Assembly: GCA_016839765.1 (NCBI GenBank)
Contig: JAEOTP010000012.1
Span: 1 to 64,000, forward strand
Length of the DNA stretch: 64,000 nucleotides
Source: Promethearchaeota archaeon
Lineage (GTDB): Archaea; Asgardarchaeota; Lokiarchaeia; Sigyniarchaeales; SOKP01
Reading direction: 5' to 3'
Shown here: positions 1-8,477 of the stretch, in pieces
How the letters are laid out: every line of letters starts with the position of its first letter
How positions within the stretch are numbered: position 1 is the first letter of the stretch
Program-made: the position numbers and the translations under genes
The notes under the pieces: generated by a model
Database searches by the model: none
Seen by the model: only the letters and a program-made list of their open reading frames with translations
Told to the model about the DNA's origin: nothing

Positions 1-146
1 ATTAGATGACAATATTGCCCACCAAAGTCTAAAACTATAATCATATTTATAGAATATTTATCGTTAATCTTCTTATAATAATAGAATTAAACAAATAAAA
101 TTAGTTTTTTCTATAGTATAAGAAATTCATCATATTTTTTAAAATA

Positions 147-1448
147 TTAATGGGTGGCGCAAGAAATACATGGATCAAAAGCTCTTATAATTTTTTGAAT
201 TTCTTTCTTAACTTTATTTAAATCCTTTTTTTCATAGAGTTTTCGAGCATAATTACTAATCATATCGTTAATAAGTGCTATATTTATTTCTGTTGCTATA
301 AATAATTTAGCTTCTTTAAGAACATTTCTTTTATTAATTCGATAATGATGAATAAGCGATCCTCTAGGTGCTTCCACAACTCCAATACCTTCTCGAGAAA
401 TAATTGATTTAAGATTTGGTAGAGGAATGGTACTTTTTAGAATAGGATCCTCCAAAATTTTTAATGAATTTTGTGATTCAACATACATTTCAATTAAATT
501 TAAAAAGGACGCATATAGAATATTATTTCTCCATTTTTCATCAAAAAGACTTAAATATCCAGAAATTTCATCTGATCCATAACTTTCTACAACCTGATTT
601 CGAGAAATTGGTCCAACTAAATAATTATGATTTTTATCAGTAAAATCAATACCTCTTATTGTAGGATATTTGTCAAAATAATCGATATATTCTTCTAACC
701 TAAAGTCCTGATATTCGGCTAACCCCTTTTTTATGGTTAAAATACCATCATATCTATCATAGGATTTATTATTATTTAATGAAAGGAAATTAACATTTGG
801 GATTATAAAATCCTCTGGTGGGTTAAACTTTGAGAATAAATCAATAAAGTTTTTAATAATCCATTCTAAATTACTTAATACCCTTAAAAAGTATTTCTCA
901 ACAATAATTATCCTTTTCCGTGATGGTCTATAAATAACTCCACCAGGGATAGGTGTAATTGCATGGATTGATCTTCCCCCAAAAAGCTTATCTATATCAT
1001 TCCCGATTTTAATAATTTCATATATGTGAGAGGTTAATTGTGGATTATATTTTATTAAATCATAAATATCGATAGGTTTTGTATAAATTTTAAAGATATT
1101 TAATAGGTCTGGAAAAGATTGGAAAAAATAATGCATACTATGTGATTTTAATAACTCTCCTGCCATCAGGAGCCTTCTTACTAGAACAGATTGTTGATTG
1201 GCTTTTATATTATACATTTCTTCAATGCTTTTACAACTTACAATAGTTTGGGATGCATGGCATAATCCACATATTCTAGAAACAATTTTAGGAACATCTG
1301 ATAATTTTTTACCTATTAAAATATTTTCAAATCCTCTGAAGGCTAAAATTTCAAATTCCACATTCGAAATCTCATCATTTTGTATATAAATTTTTACATT
1401 ACCGTGACCCTCAACCCTTGTACACACATCAATAACTTTTTGCATCAT
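147..1448 (-). CDS. mvhA: Group 3 [NiFe]-hydrogenase large subunit (MvhA/HydA-like), no C-terminal extension
   Basis: TRVEGHG, L1 RICGLCH, GVVEAPRG, and L2 FDPCISCATH followed directly by the stop codon. Confidence 0.88.
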   Translation of the reverse strand: MMQKVIDVCTRVEGHGNVKIYIQNDEISNVEFEILAFRGFENILIGKKLSDVPKIVSRICGLCHASQTIVSCKSIEEMYNIKANQQSVLVRRLLMAGELLKSHSMHYFFQSFPDLLNIFKIYTKPIDIYDLIKYNPQLTSHIYEIIKIGNDIDKLFGGRSIHAITPIPGGVIYRPSRKRIIIVEKYFLRVLSNLEWIIKNFIDLFSKFNPPEDFIIPNVNFLSLNNNKSYDRYDGILTIKKGLAEYQDFRLEEYIDYFDKYPTIRGIDFTDKNHNYLVGPISRNQVVESYGSDEISGYLSLFDEKWRNNILYASFLNLIEMYVESQNSLKILEDPILKSTIPLPNLKSIISREGIGVVEAPRGSLIHHYRINKRNVLKEAKLFIATEINIALINDMISNYARKLYEKKDLNKVKKEIQKIIRAFDPCISCATH

Positions 1449-1449
1449 A

Positions 1450-2208
1450 TCACCATCGTATTTTTGGTTTCGAGAATCTATAAAAGATTCCTTTGTATTT
1501 TGTTAAATCTTTAGAGAGATTAATAAGACTTAAGAAATTTATCAAATTTGAGGTATAATCCTTAGATACTGGTCCTAAACATCCTTCACAGGGTATTCCC
1601 TGTTCAATACATATATGATCGCAGCCCTCCCTAGTTATTGGTCCTAAGCATAAAATTCCATTATCTAAAAAGCAATTAGATTTCTCATTAAAAATTGTTA
1701 ACTCATCATTTGATGGATTTAATTTGTTAACTGGTTTTTCAAAAGGAATATTATTATTTCCTCTTAGAGGGCATGATGAGCATAGATTTTTTTCCGATAA
1801 TTTTATTTCTTTATTTTCTATTAATCTTATTAAACAATTTCCTATTAGTTTTAAAGGAGGAGGACAACCAGGAATTATACCATCGATTTGGACGACATCT
1901 GATATTGCACCTGCTTTTTTCTTTTCAGATAAACTTAAAATTCCCCCAAATGCTGCACAAGTACCTAAAGCATATACTTTTTTTGCATTATTTCTAATAT
2001 CTTTTAATAGTTCAATTTGTGAATCCATCGAAATACAACCTTCTATTAAAGCAATATCGCCTTCTTCAATTTTATTCTCATCAGAGATAAAGGGAAAGTA
2101 AGAAAGTTTTATTCTTTCTAAAAACTGAGGAAATATATCACTTGAGATTAATTTAGATATACATCCACTACAGGATGTAAGTGATGCTATTAAGATTTTA
2201 AGTTTCAA
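1450..2208 (-). CDS. mvhG: [NiFe]-hydrogenase small subunit (MvhG/HydD-like)
   Basis: SCSGC, GTCAAFGG, PGCPP, CLGPITREGC, PCEGC; lies between the MvhD-containing gene and the large subunit. Confidence 0.85.
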   Translation of the reverse strand: MKLKILIASLTSCSGCISKLISSDIFPQFLERIKLSYFPFISDENKIEEGDIALIEGCISMDSQIELLKDIRNNAKKVYALGTCAAFGGILSLSEKKKAGAISDVVQIDGIIPGCPPPLKLIGNCLIRLIENKEIKLSEKNLCSSCPLRGNNNIPFEKPVNKLNPSNDELTIFNEKSNCFLDNGILCLGPITREGCDHICIEQGIPCEGCLGPVSKDYTSNLINFLSLINLSKDLTKYKGIFYRFSKPKIRW

Positions 2209-4744
2209 ATCTAATCTCCTCCGTTAATACGTTATAAAATTTATTTATTGCATTTGCAAATTTGGCACCTTCAACCGCATTCAGATTTTCTACTATTATC
2301 CTATTACTTAATCGGGGACCAAATACTTTCTTTAACAGGTTTACTTTTTTCTGAACTTTTTGAATTCCATCGATATATCTGCACGCATCTTTTCTACATC
2401 CAATAACCATTACACCATCAAATCCACACTCAAATGATTTAAGGATAAATTCAGTATCAATACGCCCGGTGCATGGTACTTTAATTATAAACACATTGGG
2501 ATGATAAAATAATTTCTTTAATCCCGCATCATCTGCAGCAGCATAACCACAGGATTTACAGCAAAAAGCAATAATCATTGGCTTTTTATTAAATTTAGAA
2601 AAAATTTCTATTGTTTTAAGTATTTTTTTGGAAGTATCAATATTTAAATCAATAGCATTTGTAGGACACACACTTACACATGATCCACAGCCTTTACATT
2701 TAAATTTATCGATATTTATTTTATCTCCCCCGATTATTATGGCATTATATGGACAAGATACTACGCATAATCCGCACAACCCACACTTTTCTTCATTTAT
2801 TTTAATTCCTGTAAATTCTGATACTAAATAGTCATTTGAAAGAAGATAGATTATTTCTAAAGCTGTTTGATTTGTTGTAGAAATTGTAGATTTATAATTT
2901 AATGGCCCAAAAATTGTACCAACGCCATAAATACCAGATGCTAAAGTTTCTCTACTCATGAAACCATTATCGTCTAAAGAAAAGTCCATGTATTTTCGAA
3001 GACTTTTTAAATCTTTGTTGGGAATATACTTAAGGTTTAATACTATCAAATCACTTAGAAATTCAGTATCATCAGCAACAACATAGTTTATATCTTTATT
3101 ACTTTTAACAGAAATATGATTAGCATAAATAAATCTAGGGTTAGTTGATCTTAATAAAATCTGATCCTTATCATTTAATTTACTCAAATCATAAAAAACA
3201 TTAACTTTACATTTAGCATTTCTTATTTTAATATCCTCAATATATTTTTGTGCTAAAATTTCAGAGTAATCTGAGATTAATTTTGAAGGTCCGACCTCTT
3301 GAACAATAGAAACCGAATTAACTGGTTTCTTATCCGATATTCTTAATAATTTCCCTTCTGTAATACCATCAGAAGATAATATACGCTCAAATTCAGGTGA
3401 AGTAATAATATTATTTTGAGGATTATAATGGTAATCCTTTAAGTTATCACTAAAATCTGCCCCGATAGCTATAACTTTTACACCAACCTTAATTCGGACT
3501 TTTTCTGGTTTTTCATTTAAATTTATTGCATTATTAATACAAGCTCGTTCACAAATCCTGCAATCGAGACAATCTTCAATATCTTCGTGATCAATTAAAG
3601 GGATATATGGATATGAATTCTGAAAAGGGATATAAATAACTTTTCGATATGACAGACCAAAATCGTATTGATTCTTTTTCTCCTTACCACAAACATTAAC
3701 GCATTGTTTACAACCGGTACATTTCTTTTCATCTATATATCGAGGTTTTTTAATTAATTCAATTGTAAAATTTCCCACTTCTCCTGAGATTGTTTCAATT
3801 TCGCTATTTGTAAATATATTGATATTCTTTTCTTTGACTATTTCTCCAATCAATTCTGAAGTGAAACAAATAGAACAATCACCCATCTCAGAGATACGGT
3901 GCCATCTAGCTACTTTACCCCCTAATGTTGGTGATTTTTCAATAAGATATACTTTTATTCCTGCTTTTGATAAATTCAGTGCTAAAGTCATACCTGCAAT
4001 ACCACCCCCTAATATTGCACAAGCTTTCTCAACTTCAACCGTTTTAATTTGAACTTCCTTTTGAAGCTTTACACGTTCAATTCCTGCTTCTATTAATAAT
4101 TCTACTTTTTTTAGAATTAGATCCGCACTAAATTTTTCGAGATTTGAATCATGAACCCAGCAGCATTGCTCCCTAATATTAGCAATTTCTATATTTGTAT
4201 GTTCAATCACATCTTTAAAGATACGTTCAAAAATATGTTGGTGTGTTTTAGGAGAACAAGCTGCAATTACTACTTTATTTAGAAAATTTTGTTTTGCCCA
4301 AGATGTGATTTTATTCAAATTCTTTTCTTGACATAAATTATCAAATATCTTGACAGAAACAACATCATTTAACTTTGCAATATACTTCTCTAATATTTCA
4401 ATATTAATAACATTAGAAATTTCAGTATTACAATCACAGATTATTACTCCTATACGATTTATTATATTTCCTCTTTTATCCAAATATTCTAATTCTTCGC
4501 CTGATAAAATACGTTTGTTTAAACTTATTATATTTAATACTCGTTTACCATCTTCTGTCAAAAAATAAGATTTTTTATCTTTGCTGATCAATGACCCAAG
4601 CTTTTTTAAGTGGAAATTTAATTGCCCCGTTTGGGCTAAACCCAATTTTTCCATTAAATCGGTATAAGGAATGAATCCCTCTCTTTCCAAAAGTAAGAGA
4701 ATCTTTCTACGAAAAGGATGTGATAATATTGAGTAAATATTCAT
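2198..4744 (-). CDS. Fusion of ArsR-like winged HTH, HdrA-like FAD/Fe-S protein (degenerate central region) and MvhD [2Fe-2S] domain
   Basis: N-terminal LSHPFRRKILLLL..GQLNFHLKKL..YFLTEDG; HdrA motifs IICDC, AACSPKTH, NIREQCCWVH, GGGIAG, DCSIC and ferredoxin motifs; C-terminal AFCCKSCGYAAAD..PCTGRID..GCRKDACRY. Confidence 0.85.
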   Translation of the reverse strand: MNIYSILSHPFRRKILLLLEREGFIPYTDLMEKLGLAQTGQLNFHLKKLGSLISKDKKSYFLTEDGKRVLNIISLNKRILSGEELEYLDKRGNIINRIGVIICDCNTEISNVINIEILEKYIAKLNDVVSVKIFDNLCQEKNLNKITSWAKQNFLNKVVIAACSPKTHQHIFERIFKDVIEHTNIEIANIREQCCWVHDSNLEKFSADLILKKVELLIEAGIERVKLQKEVQIKTVEVEKACAILGGGIAGMTLALNLSKAGIKVYLIEKSPTLGGKVARWHRISEMGDCSICFTSELIGEIVKEKNINIFTNSEIETISGEVGNFTIELIKKPRYIDEKKCTGCKQCVNVCGKEKKNQYDFGLSYRKVIYIPFQNSYPYIPLIDHEDIEDCLDCRICERACINNAINLNEKPEKVRIKVGVKVIAIGADFSDNLKDYHYNPQNNIITSPEFERILSSDGITEGKLLRISDKKPVNSVSIVQEVGPSKLISDYSEILAQKYIEDIKIRNAKCKVNVFYDLSKLNDKDQILLRSTNPRFIYANHISVKSNKDINYVVADDTEFLSDLIVLNLKYIPNKDLKSLRKYMDFSLDDNGFMSRETLASGIYGVGTIFGPLNYKSTISTTNQTALEIIYLLSNDYLVSEFTGIKINEEKCGLCGLCVVSCPYNAIIIGGDKINIDKFKCKGCGSCVSVCPTNAIDLNIDTSKKILKTIEIFSKFNKKPMIIAFCCKSCGYAAADDAGLKKLFYHPNVFIIKVPCTGRIDTEFILKSFECGFDGVMVIGCRKDACRYIDGIQKVQKKVNLLKKVFGPRLSNRIIVENLNAVEGAKFANAINKFYNVLTEEIRFET

Positions 4745-4820
4745 TTCAAAATCCTCCCTCTTTCTCTTTTATTATGGTTTTTTTCTTAATTTTTAATTTT
4801 TGATAAATTTATTTTTCCTC

Positions 4821-4850
4821 ATGATAATGATTGTTATCGAATTATTTAAA
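4821..4850 (-). promoter_or_regulatory. TATA box plus imperfect palindrome, shared with 14875-14904
   Basis: ATGATAATGATTGTTATCGAATTATTTAAA, 23/30 identical to 14875-14904, at a similar distance from the start codon. Confidence 0.45.
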
Positions 4851-5077
4851 TCTTTGTAAAATATTGATCACATAATGTATGAGATTCATAGTCCACATTA
4901 TGAATATTAGTCATTTTTTTGTTAATTTTAGATATAACTAAAAAAATTGTCATATTAGAGTTTTTGATTAAAAAATTTATCAAATTTGAAGAAATTATTC
5001 TTGTCAAATTCCTTTTATTTTGGTAAAATAATCATTTACTTAGAAAGTAAATTACTTGTAAATTTAAACTTAAAGAG

Positions 5078-5707
5078 GTGTATAACTTAATGGAAGTTTT
5101 GGAATTTAAACCAATAAGAGACAAAAAAATCGTAGTATATATGTCATCTAAAGAGAATGCTAAATATTTCCAAAATACTGATAACTCTAAACTTATAGAA
5201 TTTTTAAAAAAGAAAAATATTGACTTTGTCACTGTTGATTTTCAAGTTGATATAAAAGAATTCAGAACAACACCATTTGCTCAAACATTAAATGAACTAG
5301 ACATACCATATTTTCAATTAGATATTCCAGATTATGCTATGGGGTATCTATATCAGGAAATTATTGAAAAACAACAATTTCAAAATGAATTATTTGAAGA
5401 ATATGAAAATATGGAAGAAAAAGAATCGTTTAAAGGGCTTAGTTTAAAAAATTGGATAGATATGTTGGGGGAGGAAATTCAGGAAAGAGAAATTTTTCTT
5501 AGTTTAAAATTAAGACCTCAATGGATTGTTAAAAAAATGTTAGATTTAGCATTATCTTACAAGAAAGATACTGTGACATTTGTTCATTTTGTTAAAGAAG
5601 ATATCTGTGAAGATATTTGTCCGCAAGTAGTTGAAAATTTAAGAGAATTAAAAGTTAAAGTTATATCTTATAATAAAAAACATACAATTCAAAATATAAT
5701 ATTTTAA
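5078..5707 (+). CDS. Hypothetical protein, paralog of 5731..6456
   Basis: 209-aa ORF with SD GAGG; shares EVLExKP and K(L/V)RxxW segments with the next ORF. Confidence 0.75.
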   Translation: MYNLMEVLEFKPIRDKKIVVYMSSKENAKYFQNTDNSKLIEFLKKKNIDFVTVDFQVDIKEFRTTPFAQTLNELDIPYFQLDIPDYAMGYLYQEIIEKQQFQNELFEEYENMEEKESFKGLSLKNWIDMLGEEIQEREIFLSLKLRPQWIVKKMLDLALSYKKDTVTFVHFVKEDICEDICPQVVENLRELKVKVISYNKKHTIQNIIF

Positions 5708-5730
5708 TAAAAAAAGAGAGGCGATAATAA

Positions 5731-6456
5731 ATGCCAGAAGTATTAGAATTAAAACCTTTAAAAAATAAGAATTTAAAGTTAATTTTAATTGAGAGTGAGT
5801 TTCCTATCGACTGGTGGTTTGAAGTTCCCAAGGATTATAAAGAAGATCTTTTTTGGAATCTTCATTTAATTTCTAAGGAATACCTTCAATTAATTAATTC
5901 GTTAATAAAAAAATATAAACCGAATTTTATTTTAGAAGAAAGACCAAATTCATGGAGTGAAGAACTGAATGCAAATGATCCTTTAAAAATGCTTATTAAA
6001 AAACGTGGAATTCCGTTTAAACATACTGATATTTCAGAAAATGCTGAATTATATCTCTCTTCAGCGTTAGATGAACACAGGAGCATGGTTAAGAATCTCG
6101 AAAAAAGGATTAATGGTATAATGAAAGAATTTAAGGAAAAACCAGAAAATGATGAATTTTTTCAACGTTTAGTATTATGGAAAGAATATTTACAATTAGA
6201 TTACAATATTCAAGAAGATGAAGTCAGATATAAGGTTCGAGAAGCATGGATGATGATGAACATTTTGAAGTTTGCGAAAGAATTTGAAGGAAAGAAATTG
6301 AAATGTTTATTCATATGCGATCCGCGACACTTTAACGGTCTTGAGAAACTTTCATTGGATCTTGGTATTGAAACCGAACAAGTGAAAATAAGTAGAAGGA
6401 TTAAAACTGAAGGAGTCGGAGAAATATTTGAAAAAGATTTAGAAATTGATATTTAA
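5731..6456 (+). CDS. Hypothetical protein, paralog of 5078..5707
   Basis: 241-aa ORF, SD GAGG, operon-like spacing. Confidence 0.78.
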   Translation: MPEVLELKPLKNKNLKLILIESEFPIDWWFEVPKDYKEDLFWNLHLISKEYLQLINSLIKKYKPNFILEERPNSWSEELNANDPLKMLIKKRGIPFKHTDISENAELYLSSALDEHRSMVKNLEKRINGIMKEFKEKPENDEFFQRLVLWKEYLQLDYNIQEDEVRYKVREAWMMMNILKFAKEFEGKKLKCLFICDPRHFNGLEKLSLDLGIETEQVKISRRIKTEGVGEIFEKDLEIDI

Positions 6457-6505
6457 TAGCTAATTTTTATTAAATTTTTAAAAATAAAAAAAAGAGCTGA
6501 TGTAA

Positions 6506-7501
6506 ATGGTAGAAAGAGAACTTGAAAATATTCTTGGAAAAAAGTCAATAATAGAATTAACACCAATTATTATTAAAAAGAAAGATACCTCCGATAAAAT
6601 TTGTTATTTTTTTGATACTGATGATAATGCATCTCCATTCGATATCAATATGGCATATGATGCCGGTTTTGATGTTGTAATCCCTTATAATAATATAAAA
6701 GCTGATAAAGTAACTCAATTAGTCCAAGATGCAATGTTTTCGAGAAAAGCAAACGCTCCAACAGTTTATTTTATTGGTGGTTCTGATGTAGAAGAAGCTG
6801 ACAAGATTGCTGAGATTGTATTAGATTCGCTTATACCTCCTTTTGAATCTCCTGTAATCATAGATCCAAGAGGAGCTCATACAACCGCAGCAGCAATGGT
6901 TGCTAAGACTATAGAAGTTACTCGAAAGCTAAGATGGCATGATATCTATGGTAAAAAAGCAGTCATTTTAGGAGGTACAGGTCCAGTTGGACAAATTGTT
7001 GCAATTTTAGCTGCAAAGCTTAATTGTACTGCTGTGATGACATCCCGACGAGCGGACTATGTCAAGACTTTAGCAAAGAACTTAACTGAAAAAGCAGGAG
7101 AAGGAGCAACCGAAATTGTTGGTGCTGTAGGGATTACTGACGAGCAAAAATATAGGTTTCTTAAAGAAGCTGATATTATTTGGTCTGTAGCTAAAGCAGG
7201 AGTGCAAATGGTTTCAAAAGAACTATTGGAAAAATTACCTAAGAATAAGATCATAGTTGATATCAATTTAGTACCTCCCTACGGAATTGAGGGATTAAAA
7301 CCAAAATTTGATGGTGATGAAATAATTCCAGGAATTTATGGAATTGGAGCTTTAGGTGTCGGGAGATTGAAATACAAGACTGAGAGTAATATTTTTAAAG
7401 AAGCATCAGAGAGCAAAGGTAAAAAAATCTTTAATTATAACAACGCGTTCAAACTTGCATGTAGAATTCTTTTCGGCGAAGAAATTAAGATTACAGTTTA
7501 A
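6506..7501 (+). CDS. NAD(P)-dependent methylene-H4MPT/H4F dehydrogenase family (MtdA/MtdB-like)
   Basis: SPFDINMAYDAGFD, DPRGAHTTAAA, GGTGPVG, DINLVPPYGIEG, GIGALGVGRLKY. Confidence 0.82.
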   Translation: MVERELENILGKKSIIELTPIIIKKKDTSDKICYFFDTDDNASPFDINMAYDAGFDVVIPYNNIKADKVTQLVQDAMFSRKANAPTVYFIGGSDVEEADKIAEIVLDSLIPPFESPVIIDPRGAHTTAAAMVAKTIEVTRKLRWHDIYGKKAVILGGTGPVGQIVAILAAKLNCTAVMTSRRADYVKTLAKNLTEKAGEGATEIVGAVGITDEQKYRFLKEADIIWSVAKAGVQMVSKELLEKLPKNKIIVDINLVPPYGIEGLKPKFDGDEIIPGIYGIGALGVGRLKYKTESNIFKEASESKGKKIFNYNNAFKLACRILFGEEIKITV

Positions 7502-7588
7502 ATAAAACAGAAAACAATGTAGAATCAGAATTTCTAATCTAATTTTTTTAAAATTGTATTATTATAAATAAAGACCGAGGTTTCAAGC

Positions 7589-8476
7589 ATGGGCTATAAA
7601 ATTTTGATGAAAAAAGAATTAGGAAGTAGTGGAACATTATTTGAAATAGAATTAGCTACGCCTTTAATTGCTAAAAAGGCGCGTGCTGGAAATTTCATTT
7701 TAATCAGAATAAATGAAAAAGGAGAGAGGATTCCTTTAACTATTGCTGACTATAATCGAAAAAAAGGAACATTAACGATTGTTTTTCAGGTTATTGGTAA
7801 AACTACAAAATTATTATCAAAATTAGAAGAAGGAAATTTCCTTCTTGATGTTGTTGGGCCTTTAGGAAATGAAATTCATATTAAAAAATTTGATTATCCT
7901 GTGGTAATTATTGGAGGTGGAGTTGGTATTGCTCCTTGTTACCCTCAAGCAAAGGAATTGAAAAAAGTAGGAAACAAGATAATCGCAATTATTGGCGCAA
8001 GGAGTAGCAATTTATTATTTTGGAGAGAAAAAATGGATAAAGTTAGTGATGAGTTAATAATTTGTACAGATGATGGAACCGAAGGGAAAAAAAGCGTAGT
8101 TACTGAACCTCTTAAGGAACTTTTAAAGAGAGAACCTTTAAGTCTAGTTATTTCTATAGGTCCCTTAATTATGATGAAATTTGTAGCTCTAACGACAAAT
8201 GGGTATGAAGGATTACCTAAAGTAAAAACAATGGTTTCTCTAAATACTATTATGATCGATGGTACTGGCATGTGTGGAGGATGCCGATTTTCCACAATAG
8301 ATGGAAAAATATATTTTGCATGTGTGGATGGTCCTGACGTTGATGGTCATATGGTAGATTTTGATAATCTTATAAAGCGTGCTAAAAGATTTACGGCTCA
8401 AGAAAAGGAGAGCATTGAACTCTATGAACATGAATGTGGGGCTGTAGAAAAACTCAAAATGGGAGGTTCATTTTAA
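7589..8476 (+). CDS. nfnA: Nfn small subunit (NfnA/SudB; FAD and [2Fe-2S])
   Basis: GERIPLTIAD, GPLG, GGGVGIAP, MIDGTGMCGGCR, FACVDGP. Confidence 0.9.
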   Translation: MGYKILMKKELGSSGTLFEIELATPLIAKKARAGNFILIRINEKGERIPLTIADYNRKKGTLTIVFQVIGKTTKLLSKLEEGNFLLDVVGPLGNEIHIKKFDYPVVIIGGGVGIAPCYPQAKELKKVGNKIIAIIGARSSNLLFWREKMDKVSDELIICTDDGTEGKKSVVTEPLKELLKREPLSLVISIGPLIMMKFVALTTNGYEGLPKVKTMVSLNTIMIDGTGMCGGCRFSTIDGKIYFACVDGPDVDGHMVDFDNLIKRAKRFTAQEKESIELYEHECGAVEKLKMGGSF

Positions 8477-8477
8477 A

